35,172 bases of DNA, taken from positions 1 to 35,172 of IMG/VR virus record IMGVR_UViG_3300037634_002640; one strand, given 5' to 3'. The position numbers were made by a program, and so were the translations under genes. This document shows positions 1 through 7,988 of the stretch, one piece after another (position 1 is the first letter of the stretch; each line of letters starts with the position of its first letter). The notes beneath the pieces are model-generated. The model worked only from the letters and a program-made list of their open reading frames with translations, ran no database searches and was not told the DNA's origin. Origin of the DNA: a virus (Duplodnaviria; Caudoviricetes).

Positions 1-380
1 CTTAAAAATGTGTCCCAATTCGTCTACTTTTCCGTCAATGCCAAGAATATCTGGAACAATAAATTTTCCTATGCCAGTCGCAATATCAATTGAGTCTGAG
101 TCTGGATCTTTGATATCCTTAAAAATGTGTCCCAATTCGTCTACTTTTCCGTCAATGCCAAGAATATCTGGAACAATAAATTTTCCTATGCTAGTCGCAA
201 TATCAATTGAGTCTGAATTTGGATCTTTGATATCCTTAAAAATGTGTCCCAATTCGTCTATTTTTCCGTCAATGCCAAGAATATCTGGAACAATAAATTT
301 TCCTATGCCAGTCGCAATATCAATTGAGTCTGAGTCTGGATCTTTGATATCTGAAAAAATGTGTCCCAATTCGTCTATTT
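1..380. repeat. 117-bp (39-aa) coding tandem repeat, about 3.2 copies visible, probably continuing beyond the window
   Basis: ATGTGTCCCAATTCGTCTA recurs at 8, 125, 242 and 359; units differ by only a few substitutions. Confidence 0.95.
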
Positions 381-1668
381 TTTCCTTGAGAAATTGCGGT
401 ACAATTTCCTTTCCAATCTCAGCAGGTAATTGGCTCCACACCGAAGAAGGGTTTTCTCTCTCTATCTGTTCTTTATTTTTTAAGTAATTGATATAATTTG
501 ACTTTTGACTGTCGGTCATATCTTTTCCAGTTATATTTTCCATGTTATATTCGTGTGGAATTGTTGTCGATTGTTGCGGTACTTCTACTAATGGACGTGA
601 TGTTGTCATTTCTGGTTTATGGTATTCTTCGTACTCTTTTTTAGTTTTTTCCCAATCTTCATATTCTTTTGGGGTATAATACTCTTTTCGGGGATTTGGG
701 AATCCTGGGTATGGATCCGGCTGTTGTGGTGAATATATTTCTGAAGGACGATCTGGGTCTGATTTTTTATCTGAAAAAATGTGTCTGAATTCGTCTATTT
801 GTTCGTCTGGTGTTTTGTAATTAACAATGTTTTCTATTTCTCTTGTCTCTTTATCTTTTCCAGTTATATTTTCCATGTTATATTCGTGTAAGTTTTCACT
901 TGTTATATCCATCTGATTACCAATAGATGTTGCTTCTGTAATTGTTTGATCTGCAAGTCCGTTAGGCTGAAATGCCATATATTCGGGCGATGATAACAAA
1001 TCGTTTACGAATATCCGTGCCTCTTTCAAGGCTTGGTTTCCGGTCATGTTTAATGTTGGATCGGGTTCTGTTCTTATGCGAGCATATAGAGAGTCCATGG
1101 TTTCTTTTTCATTTTTAATTTCTTGTAATGACTGGTCAATGATATCTGCGATTCCGCCGGGACGAATTCCATCGTCGGGTAAAGTGCCCCGTGTTATATT
1201 TTTTAATTTTTCGTCGTGTTGATATGATTGTGTTACTACATTAGCAGGGTCTTCATTATAAAGACCCTTGCCCAACATTTCAATCTGTGATCCTGTTTTG
1301 GTAGTGTTGTCTAATATGGCACCGTATAGTTGAACTAATCTTGCTTCAATTTTCTCTAGATAATCATTTTGTTCCTTTGACGCTTGTTCGGGCCAATCGA
1401 GTCGTTGGGGTGGTATGTTTTCCTGTGAAGTATCAGTATCGGAATACCTATAATCAATCACACCCCGGGCTGCTTGCAGGCTTTTATCATAATTTGAAAT
1501 GGGAGGCATAGGCACATCTTCATTATGATCGGGTGAAATGTCACTATTTAACGGTTTGTCGGGAATTAACGTGGTTAATTTTGTAATTTTTGCCGGGGTC
1601 ACGGGCCCGACGACCCCCATATCTGCTAATTCCTCTTGACTAATCGTGTTTTTTGGTTTTTTTGCCAT
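1..1668 (-). CDS. Long repeat-containing protein (>556 aa, runs off left edge) at the tape-measure/gp29-like position downstream of gp26-gp51
   Basis: Not in ORF track. Hand translation from ATG at 1668 (MAKKPKNTISQEELADMGVVGPV...) is open to base 1 and ends in 39-aa tandem repeats (IDELGHIFKDIKDPDSDSIDIATGIGKFIVPDILGIDGK). Function inferred from position only. Confidence 0.8.
   Translation of the reverse strand, partial: MAKKPKNTISQEELADMGVVGPVTPAKITKLTTLIPDKPLNSDISPDHNEDVPMPPISNYDKSLQAARGVIDYRYSDTDTSQENIPPQRLDWPEQASKEQNDYLEKIEARLVQLYGAILDNTTKTGSQIEMLGKGLYNEDPANVVTQSYQHDEKLKNITRGTLPDDGIRPGGIADIIDQSLQEIKNEKETMDSLYARIRTEPDPTLNMTGNQALKEARIFVNDLLSSPEYMAFQPNGLADQTITEATSIGNQMDITSENLHEYNMENITGKDKETREIENIVNYKTPDEQIDEFRHIFSDKKSDPDRPSEIYSPQQPDPYPGFPNPRKEYYTPKEYEDWEKTKKEYEEYHKPEMTTSRPLVEVPQQSTTIPHEYNMENITGKDMTDSQKSNYINYLKNKEQIERENPSSVWSQLPAEIGKEIVPQFLKEKIDELGHIFSDIKDPDSDSIDIATGIGKFIVPDILGIDGKIDELGHIFKDIKDPNSDSIDIATSIGKFIVPDILGIDGKVDELGHIFKDIKDPDSDSIDIATGIGKFIVPDILGIDGKVDELGHIFK
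519..889. repeat. Dispersed 38-bp exact direct repeat (519-556 and 852-889) encoding HEYNMENITGKD
   Basis: TATCTTTTCCAGTTATATTTTCCATGTTATATTCGTGT occurs twice, in frame within the 1-1668 ORF. Confidence 0.9.
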
Positions 1669-1674
1669 TTGTTT

Positions 1675-1890
1675 TTATTTGCCTCGATTTGGTGAACGCC
1701 TTCGTTCAATTTCCCGCAATTGGATTTTTTCGTTTTCTGATTCTATATATTCGGTTATTTGTGCGAGATATATATCTCGTTCCCATGGAATCATTTTTTC
1801 AATTTCCGAAAGACTATAATTATGATGTTGCATTAGTTGGAAGGTGAGAACATAGTAGTCCTTTAGTCTTGTGTGAGCAAGGACTACATG
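1675..1890 (-). CDS. Small baseplate hub assembly protein (gp51-like of marine T4-like phages); probably reached by -1 frameshift from gp26
   Basis: Not in ORF track. Frame reads HVVLAHTRLKDYYVLTFQLMQHHNYSLSEIEKMIPWERDIYLAQITEYIESENEKIQLREIERRRSPNRGK*, matching the H..L..YY...F.LMQHH.YSL.EIE.M.PWER.IY signature. First in-frame ATG is at 1833. Confidence 0.85.
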   Translation of the reverse strand, partial: HVVLAHTRLKDYYVLTFQLMQHHNYSLSEIEKMIPWERDIYLAQITEYIESENEKIQLREIERRRSPNRGK

Positions 1891-2594
1891 AAAAAATCCG
1901 TAAGGTTATTGAACGACACCTCTCTTTCAACATCATCAGACGTTTTATATTTCACTACCAGTTCTATTTTAGGTGAGGTTTTGAAAAACCTTTGTATTTT
2001 TTTAAATTGCTCTGATGTAAGATTATCAATAAAATCAGTAATTTCTTCTTTGGACAATGAAGATACGTCTATCAGTTCATCTTTAATTTGTATTGTATCG
2101 ATACAATTGGCAACTAGCGAATAAAAATATTCAGTAGGGTTTTTTGTGTCTTGAGATGTTGCGATGTTCACCGAGGGATATTTCATATTAATTACCATGT
2201 TATTGTTCATTTTAATTTTGTTTGTGTGATTTTTTGGATAAACAACTTCTACGTCCAATAGATTAACATTTAAACTAATTTTTTCCCCGGTGTGACGGCA
2301 AACAAGAGTCGGGTTTACTTCTTCGCCTACTGATTTTGCTCGAAGGTGTATAAACATATACTCGATATCAAATAATGGCAAATCGCCTGCACTATTAATG
2401 TCATTAAAGCAAGACTCAATAACATTTTTCATTGCTCGTAATAAATCATCATATTTACCAGATTGTTGTGCAATGAGAAGAATTTTTTCTTCTTTCACCA
2501 GAAAGGGCCTAAATGATACTTTCTTTTTTGTTGAGGGTAGGTTTAGTTCATAACTTGGCAGTGATGATGTTAACATATTCGATAGTGTGTTCAT
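1884..2594 (-). CDS. gp26: Baseplate hub assembly protein/chaperone, T4 gp26-like
   Basis: LPSYELNLPSTKKKVSFRPFLVKEEKILL, LPLFDIEYMFIHLRAKSVGE, MKYP, FIDNLTSEQFKKIQRFFKTSPK and terminal DFF motifs; SD AAGGA upstream. Confidence 0.92.
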   Translation of the reverse strand: MNTLSNMLTSSLPSYELNLPSTKKKVSFRPFLVKEEKILLIAQQSGKYDDLLRAMKNVIESCFNDINSAGDLPLFDIEYMFIHLRAKSVGEEVNPTLVCRHTGEKISLNVNLLDVEVVYPKNHTNKIKMNNNMVINMKYPSVNIATSQDTKNPTEYFYSLVANCIDTIQIKDELIDVSSLSKEEITDFIDNLTSEQFKKIQRFFKTSPKIELVVKYKTSDDVEREVSFNNLTDFFM

Positions 2595-2611
2595 TATAAA
2601 ATTCCTTATGT

Positions 2612-3157
2612 TTATGTGGTCGGGTCTGGGATAGCACTTTCATATGTATAACTTGTATATGAAAATTGTACTTGAATTCTACCATATGCATCTCTCATTT
2701 CTTGACCCAGGTTCATCGGAAAAATAGCAGTTGGAAATGCTTCTTTTAGTCTATAGGTACTTGAAACTTCGCCGTTGATGGTTAATGTATTAATTATTAC
2801 TGGACTTCTGTTTATAAGATCGGCACCAAACCCTTGTGAATAGTTTTCATCCGATACCATCTGCTGCATCCATTTTTCGAAAAATGTTCGTTGAGATTGA
2901 TTTTCGTCAACAAAAAAAGTCATCACGACACTATTATCAAAAACATTAGATACCGGAACATTTCTGGGTGGTCCAAAATATTGTTCTGTTATTGTAACAA
3001 ATGATCTACCAGGCAAAGTGACTGCTTCTGGTTCAAACTCTACTTCACTTGGGGCGGGGTGAGAAAAACTTACTAAAAATCGATTCGGTCTATACAGACC
3101 GTTTTTTAGAAGATTTTCCTTGAACCATGTGATTGATGAATCATGTCTTTCAGCCAT
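2612..3157 (-). CDS. gp54: Baseplate tail-tube initiator (gp54-like, gp19 tube fold)
   Basis: GLYRPNRFLV, VTLPGR, MTF..D....RTFFEKW, YRLKEAFP and VQFSY motifs; lies between gp4 and gp26. Confidence 0.8.
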   Translation of the reverse strand: MAERHDSSITWFKENLLKNGLYRPNRFLVSFSHPAPSEVEFEPEAVTLPGRSFVTITEQYFGPPRNVPVSNVFDNSVVMTFFVDENQSQRTFFEKWMQQMVSDENYSQGFGADLINRSPVIINTLTINGEVSSTYRLKEAFPTAIFPMNLGQEMRDAYGRIQVQFSYTSYTYESAIPDPTT

Positions 3158-3602
3158 TTGGTTGTCCTTGTGATAGTATGTTGTCTTCGGTGAGAATTAT
3201 AAATTTCCATCCGTTTTGGTCGCAAAATTGTTTTGCTGATTCCCATTTTGCTTTGTTTGTTGTGTATGTGATTTGTTCTTGAATAAAAGATCTATTTTTC
3301 TTTTTCTTTGGGTTTGGGGGTTTGGTCTGTTTTTTTGGTTTTACTTCTATGATATAAGTCTTGATTTTTCCTTGTTTGTCTTTAAGTTCGGCAATAAAAT
3401 CTGGATAATACCGACGAATTTTGTCGTCGATTGGAGAATAGTATGGAATTTTAACTTCCTCGCTGCCCCATCGGATTACGTTGACGTTTTCGTCGAGATA
3501 TTTACACACCCTTCTTTCCCACAAAGAACGACATATTATTTTATCGGGATTGCCTATATACTTCGAAGAGTTTTGGGTTATATATTTCGTTTTATATGCC
3601 AC
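3150..3602 (-). CDS. gp4: Head completion nuclease (T4 gp4-like, TnsA/PD-(D/E)XK fold)
   Basis: KYIGNP..IICRSLWER, WGSEE, PYYSPID...RRYYPDF, IEVKPKKQT and NKAKW..A motifs. Start reassigned to GTG at 3602 (MAYKTKY), with SD GGAG at 3611-3614. Confidence 0.93.
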   Translation of the reverse strand: MAYKTKYITQNSSKYIGNPDKIICRSLWERRVCKYLDENVNVIRWGSEEVKIPYYSPIDDKIRRYYPDFIAELKDKQGKIKTYIIEVKPKKQTKPPNPKKKKNRSFIQEQITYTTNKAKWESAKQFCDQNGWKFIILTEDNILSQGQPNG

Positions 3603-3616
3603 AATTGTATCTCCAG

Positions 3617-3639
3617 ACACACTATATATCATAGTGTGT
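3617..3639. promoter_or_regulatory. Perfect 9-bp inverted repeat in the divergent gp4/gp48 intergenic region; candidate bidirectional late promoter or operator
   Basis: ACACACTAT-atatc-ATAGTGTGT containing TATATA. It lies at the only divergence point in the window. Confidence 0.5.
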
Positions 3640-3670
3640 TAACATTTTAAGAATTTAAGGAATTAGAATC

Positions 3671-4522
3671 GTGGCTAGTACGGCATACGCAAAAGTTCAT
3701 AGAGAGCATAGTCCATTTTTAATGAATTTCAAAGCCGTTGAATGGTCTAATAAGCAAATGTTTAGAAACGAAGTATCTACGGATCTGGCGGGTGCGGCAC
3801 TTGTCGATATATGGATGCCTCCGCCAAAAAATATAAATGGAATTGATAGCATTAATTATGGCCGAGAGGGGGCCAGTCAAGGTGGATTATTTCCAAACGT
3901 ATCTACCCAAGGTTTTTGGGAAGAGATTACCACCCTTGGTGGCCTCATTCCAGCAATACAAGATGTGTTGGGGTTATCGGAGGCTACCATGGCGCAGGTT
4001 GCCATGGATGAATCGGAATCGGTATTTAAGGGTGCGGGTTTACGAGAACATAATTATGAATGGAATTTAGTAACACTTGATGAAGATGATGCTGTCGCTA
4101 TTGAAAATGTTACTAGAATGTTTCATATTTGGGGATATCCGGGCGCATCATGGCAAACGACTTCTAGCAGAATGATACATCCGCCTGTGTGGATAATCAA
4201 CATAGCAGAACCGTCATTAGCAGGAACAGCGAGCGGTGTTGGCGGTTCTGGATTTCGGGCAGGAAATGTCAAATCGGACGCTATGAATTGGCGATGGGGA
4301 CAAAATCCACTATTGTCAGTATTGAAGTCAGTCAACATCACAACACAAGGTGCTGCTGGCGGTTCGTTTGCATTTGGGTCAAAGTCAAATGCGTATCCGC
4401 CTCAAGTCAACATATCATTATCCTTTATAGAATTAGAACCTGCCGTAAGATCTGAAAACAACAACCAATTGATATCGAGAAGTCAAGTGCGTGGCCACGA
4501 TGAGCCGAGCGGGGGAGCGTGA
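3671..4522 (+). CDS. gp48: Baseplate tail-tube cap (T4 gp48-like)
   Basis: IWMPPP, FKGAGLREHNYEWNL......A.AIENV...F...GYP, HPPVW, SVLKSVNI and P.QVNISLSFIELEP motifs; GTG start with SD AAGGA; divergent from gp4. Confidence 0.82.
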   Translation: MASTAYAKVHREHSPFLMNFKAVEWSNKQMFRNEVSTDLAGAALVDIWMPPPKNINGIDSINYGREGASQGGLFPNVSTQGFWEEITTLGGLIPAIQDVLGLSEATMAQVAMDESESVFKGAGLREHNYEWNLVTLDEDDAVAIENVTRMFHIWGYPGASWQTTSSRMIHPPVWIINIAEPSLAGTASGVGGSGFRAGNVKSDAMNWRWGQNPLLSVLKSVNITTQGAAGGSFAFGSKSNAYPPQVNISLSFIELEPAVRSENNNQLISRSQVRGHDEPSGGA

Positions 4523-5512
4523 ATGTATTTCGAAAGTATGAAAAAAACTAATTATAGTTTTCCTTCGTTTCCAGAAACGGAAATGCAGGATATTTTTTCG
4601 CGTGTAGCATTCACAGAAGAAACAAAAAATGAAAACAAAAATTTTAAATCTTACTTGGTAAAGGAAGGTTATACTCCAGAGAAAGTAGCATTTGATTTTT
4701 ATGGTGATGAAAAATATTGGTGGTTGGTATTACTCTCAAACAACATGATAGATCCAATAAATGATTGGGTGATGTCAGACAGAGAAATAGAATCGCATCT
4801 TTCTAATTTTCTTTCTGGGAGCAGTTACTACATCTATGAAAATTTAAATGTTAAGCCAGGCGACATTATAATAAAGAGAGACACATCTATGACTGGTGAC
4901 ATCGATACGGATGTGTACGGCATAATCGATGATTATGATTCGTTTTTACATAAAATAAATGTGCGGTTTGAAAATTCTTCATTCACCCAAGGCGATGATT
5001 TTTTTATATTTCGGGAAAATGACAACGGTTCTGAGTGGAACCTTATTACAGGTTTTGGTAAAACCGGTTGTTATCCACCATATTGTGGTTCTACCGCATG
5101 TCTTCCAGAAGGCCCAAATTGCCCTACTGCCGGGATTGATTATGCGACAATTAGAAAAAAAGACGAGATTAAGAATAGCCTTCATCATTTTCAATACGTT
5201 GCAAACCAAGATCACGTTGATCCGTATTCCAATGATTATGTTACAGGATTAAGTTGTAGTGCATTTGGTTTTCAAAACATCTGCGGATTGACTTCCACTG
5301 TGTTGTATAAATACATTAGTGATGATGGGTTTTTGTCGGCAGATCAAATTGAAAGTATTAAAACTCTAACTCAATTTATTAATGATAATGATAAAAAACG
5401 AAGCATCAAATTGATAGCATCCAGATTGGCACCAATGATAGAATTGGAAATAAAAAGTCTTTTCCGTCGAAATGTCCCTAGAGGAACACTTAGGTATATT
5501 GAGGTTAAGTGA
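4523..5512 (+). CDS. gp53: Baseplate wedge protein gp53-like (LysM-like), with Cys-rich insertion
   Basis: MYF...Y, YLVKEGYTPEKVAFDFYGDEKYWWLVLLSNNMIDPINDW and NDNDKKRSIKLI motifs. Confidence 0.92.
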   Translation: MYFESMKKTNYSFPSFPETEMQDIFSRVAFTEETKNENKNFKSYLVKEGYTPEKVAFDFYGDEKYWWLVLLSNNMIDPINDWVMSDREIESHLSNFLSGSSYYIYENLNVKPGDIIIKRDTSMTGDIDTDVYGIIDDYDSFLHKINVRFENSSFTQGDDFFIFRENDNGSEWNLITGFGKTGCYPPYCGSTACLPEGPNCPTAGIDYATIRKKDEIKNSLHHFQYVANQDHVDPYSNDYVTGLSCSAFGFQNICGLTSTVLYKYISDDGFLSADQIESIKTLTQFINDNDKKRSIKLIASRLAPMIELEIKSLFRRNVPRGTLRYIEVK

Positions 5513-5530
5513 TAAACACAAGGATATATT

Positions 5531-7972
5531 ATGACAAAACCACGAGAAATTAATAACCAAATTAATATCATTAAGTTGGTAATAAAAAAAAGATTTAATG
5601 ATGAGAAATTACAAATTGTTCCTGCCCCGTCAGGAAAAGTAGCCACACAAGAATTGTTTATCAATATGTCTATTGATGAGAGTATATTCAAAGAAGGTGT
5701 TAGCGGAATATTACACATTAGAGAACCGGGAACATTGGGGGACGATTTTAATATGATTGGAGATGAATATATTGAAATTGAGATGGAATCTCCCGGTATA
5801 GGTGACGCATATAAAAATGTAACATTTTGTGTAACCGATGTTACATTTGTGGGGGACGAAGCAGATGAAACCTTAAGTGGGCCTGGCGCAAGAGCAAACG
5901 CATCGTGGAAAATACAATTCGGATCGTGTGAAACATATTTTCTAAGTCACCTGAACTATGGGGGAGGTGATTTGTCGTTATTTAAATCAGATTTTGAAGG
6001 ACACGATGAAAATTTATCAGGAAGTGAATCCGGTAAAATTTTTCTTGGAAAAATTGCTTCCGAAGAAAGTGGACGAAACAACGATAAGAATGCTTTGGAA
6101 AGCGCAGGAGATTTTATTAAAAACATATTTACGTCAGACGAGGGGGATGAACTTCCCAAAAGAGGATTTGTAAACGTTTTAGCCGAAAAATATTTTGATC
6201 CCGGTGCCACACCATATAGTAAATCAAACAACAAAATGCAAATCGAAGAAACACATAATGCTATTATTGTTTATGAAAATAAACCCTTGTATCCATGGCA
6301 CAAGGTTGGTGTTTCACCCAACATAATACAACTGATGAACTATATTGCAGAAAACTCTGTGACCACTGATTTGAAGGGTGTGAATTACGTATTTTATGCC
6401 GATATGGATGGATGGCATTTTAAATCTATTAGAAACATTATTCAGAATTCCGAAACTTCTTTTTTCGGATTTGAACTAGACGCTCCTAGAAAATATTTTA
6501 TCACAGACATTGATGTTCCAGAGGATAAGTGGATAAATGGACACCCAAGAATAAAAATGTTTAGAGTGTCTAGAGAATATGATCATGTGAGAATGTTTCA
6601 TGTTGGTGCATATGCTTCTTCATATAGGTACATTAGACCTCGTATTGGAAACCCATATTCACGTTTTATGCACAGAAATGGGGTAAGTTCGTCGTCGGTT
6701 CATTATAATTATTTAAACACAGATTGGGGTGGAATGGATGAAGGCGGTAGAATAGAAGAATATCCTCTCATAAGCAAAGAAAGATGGGAAGAATATTTAT
6801 CACACAGCGTTAAAACAATAACAGATGATAGTGGGATGTATGGGTATTTTGGGAACCATTATAATGCTATGGACACAAGTTATCCTCCAGTCCAGGGCGC
6901 GCTGGGCTGGAAGGAACTTCGGTGGCAAGCAATGTTCGATCAAACAGATTTGAATTTTTCAACTCTTTATAAAATTAGAAAAACTATGCCGTATATGTAC
7001 GACGATGTGTTACCAACAACAAGTCAACTTCTCGGTGGAACAAAATATCAATACACAGCAAAGGCAAATTTGAAGAAAAAATGGGACATTTATAAACATG
7101 TTGTTTGCTGTGTAGATGAAACCGAAGAACGTGATATGGAAAAATATGCATTTTATGCTGTTCTTGAATCTGCAACACCAATATATCAAATGCCAGCATC
7201 GAAGTTGGATGAGGATTTTAAAAATGAATCAGTTGATGATCCAGATTATCAAAAGTTTAGGTCAAACATGTATGTGTACCAGTTCAGAGAAGTAGAATTT
7301 TGGGATGATATAGACAAAGATAGTCTTAGAAGAGATTCGGGAGAAGGATCCACAGGTGAGTATGAGGTATTATATTATAATGACAAACACACATATCCAG
7401 ATCACGAAGATATAGAGTTTAGCGATACTCAGCCAAGATTTTATGTTGTTCTTTCAAACAACAATGAACATGGAGTAGCGGGGCAAGCATACAACATAAA
7501 TGAATTTACAAACATGGGAGTAGATTTTGGATCAGATGAAAACGAACACCCAGACTTTTTTGTTGGTCCTGGAGTTAATGTATCAGGATCAGCATCAACT
7601 GAAGATGAAGATTTAACGGACACCAATGATTACCCAGAAGGAAACAGAATGCTTCCAGTTGGTAGTTACATCAAATCTGGAGACGATCCCTGTGACGGTG
7701 AATTTTATTATCATAAACATATTGTAAAAATGTATGCCATACCAGAGTGGACTTTAACTTCTGGGGCATGGATGGTAAATAAAGGGGCCGCTGGTGGAGA
7801 AGGTGGAGAAGGTGGAGAAGGTGGAGAAGGTGGAGAAGGTGGAGAAGGTGGAGAAGGTGGAGAAGGTGGAGGAAAAAAATCATGTTCTAAAAAGCAGTTG
7901 TCAAAAGAAAAAAAAATATATGTTTTTGATGTGCAAAATGCACACGATGGTTTATGTTCGTGTTTGAACTAA
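5531..7972 (+). CDS. Baseplate hub (gp27-like) N-terminal part fused to an unknown C-terminal domain
   Basis: MSIDESIFKEGVSGILHI, IGDEYIEI and YVFYADMDGWHFKSI are typical of the hub gene following gp53. The hub C-terminal motifs are absent; the protein ends YVFDVQNAHDGLCSCLN. Confidence 0.7.
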   Translation: MTKPREINNQINIIKLVIKKRFNDEKLQIVPAPSGKVATQELFINMSIDESIFKEGVSGILHIREPGTLGDDFNMIGDEYIEIEMESPGIGDAYKNVTFCVTDVTFVGDEADETLSGPGARANASWKIQFGSCETYFLSHLNYGGGDLSLFKSDFEGHDENLSGSESGKIFLGKIASEESGRNNDKNALESAGDFIKNIFTSDEGDELPKRGFVNVLAEKYFDPGATPYSKSNNKMQIEETHNAIIVYENKPLYPWHKVGVSPNIIQLMNYIAENSVTTDLKGVNYVFYADMDGWHFKSIRNIIQNSETSFFGFELDAPRKYFITDIDVPEDKWINGHPRIKMFRVSREYDHVRMFHVGAYASSYRYIRPRIGNPYSRFMHRNGVSSSSVHYNYLNTDWGGMDEGGRIEEYPLISKERWEEYLSHSVKTITDDSGMYGYFGNHYNAMDTSYPPVQGALGWKELRWQAMFDQTDLNFSTLYKIRKTMPYMYDDVLPTTSQLLGGTKYQYTAKANLKKKWDIYKHVVCCVDETEERDMEKYAFYAVLESATPIYQMPASKLDEDFKNESVDDPDYQKFRSNMYVYQFREVEFWDDIDKDSLRRDSGEGSTGEYEVLYYNDKHTYPDHEDIEFSDTQPRFYVVLSNNNEHGVAGQAYNINEFTNMGVDFGSDENEHPDFFVGPGVNVSGSASTEDEDLTDTNDYPEGNRMLPVGSYIKSGDDPCDGEFYYHKHIVKMYAIPEWTLTSGAWMVNKGAAGGEGGEGGEGGEGGEGGEGGEGGEGGGKKSCSKKQLSKEKKIYVFDVQNAHDGLCSCLN
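7793..7864 (+). repeat. Perfect 9-bp tandem repeat (GGTGGAGAA)x8 encoding (GGE)8
   Basis: Read directly from the sequence. Confidence 0.97.
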
Positions 7973-7988
7973 TAAGGATTTATATATT

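Noticed and set aside
1-380. Regularly spaced repeats as a CRISPR array
   Set aside because: Whole 117-bp units are repeated with no unique spacers; the period is a multiple of 3 and coding.
8-487. 159-aa plus-strand repeat ORF in the track
   Set aside because: Antisense shadow of the longer minus-strand ORF 1-1668, which is co-oriented with gp26/gp54/gp4.
3603-3632. ATG 3632 as the gp4 start (as in the track)
   Set aside because: GTG at 3602 gives the family-typical MAYK start with a well-placed GGAG; 3632 lies inside the palindrome.
5306-5313. TATAAATA matches at 5306 and 33285 as T4 late promoters
   Set aside because: Both lie inside coding regions of AT-rich DNA and are compatible with chance; not supportable without transcript data.
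7671-7883. (LHL)n minus-strand ORF
   Set aside because: Shadow of the GGTGGAGAA repeat.
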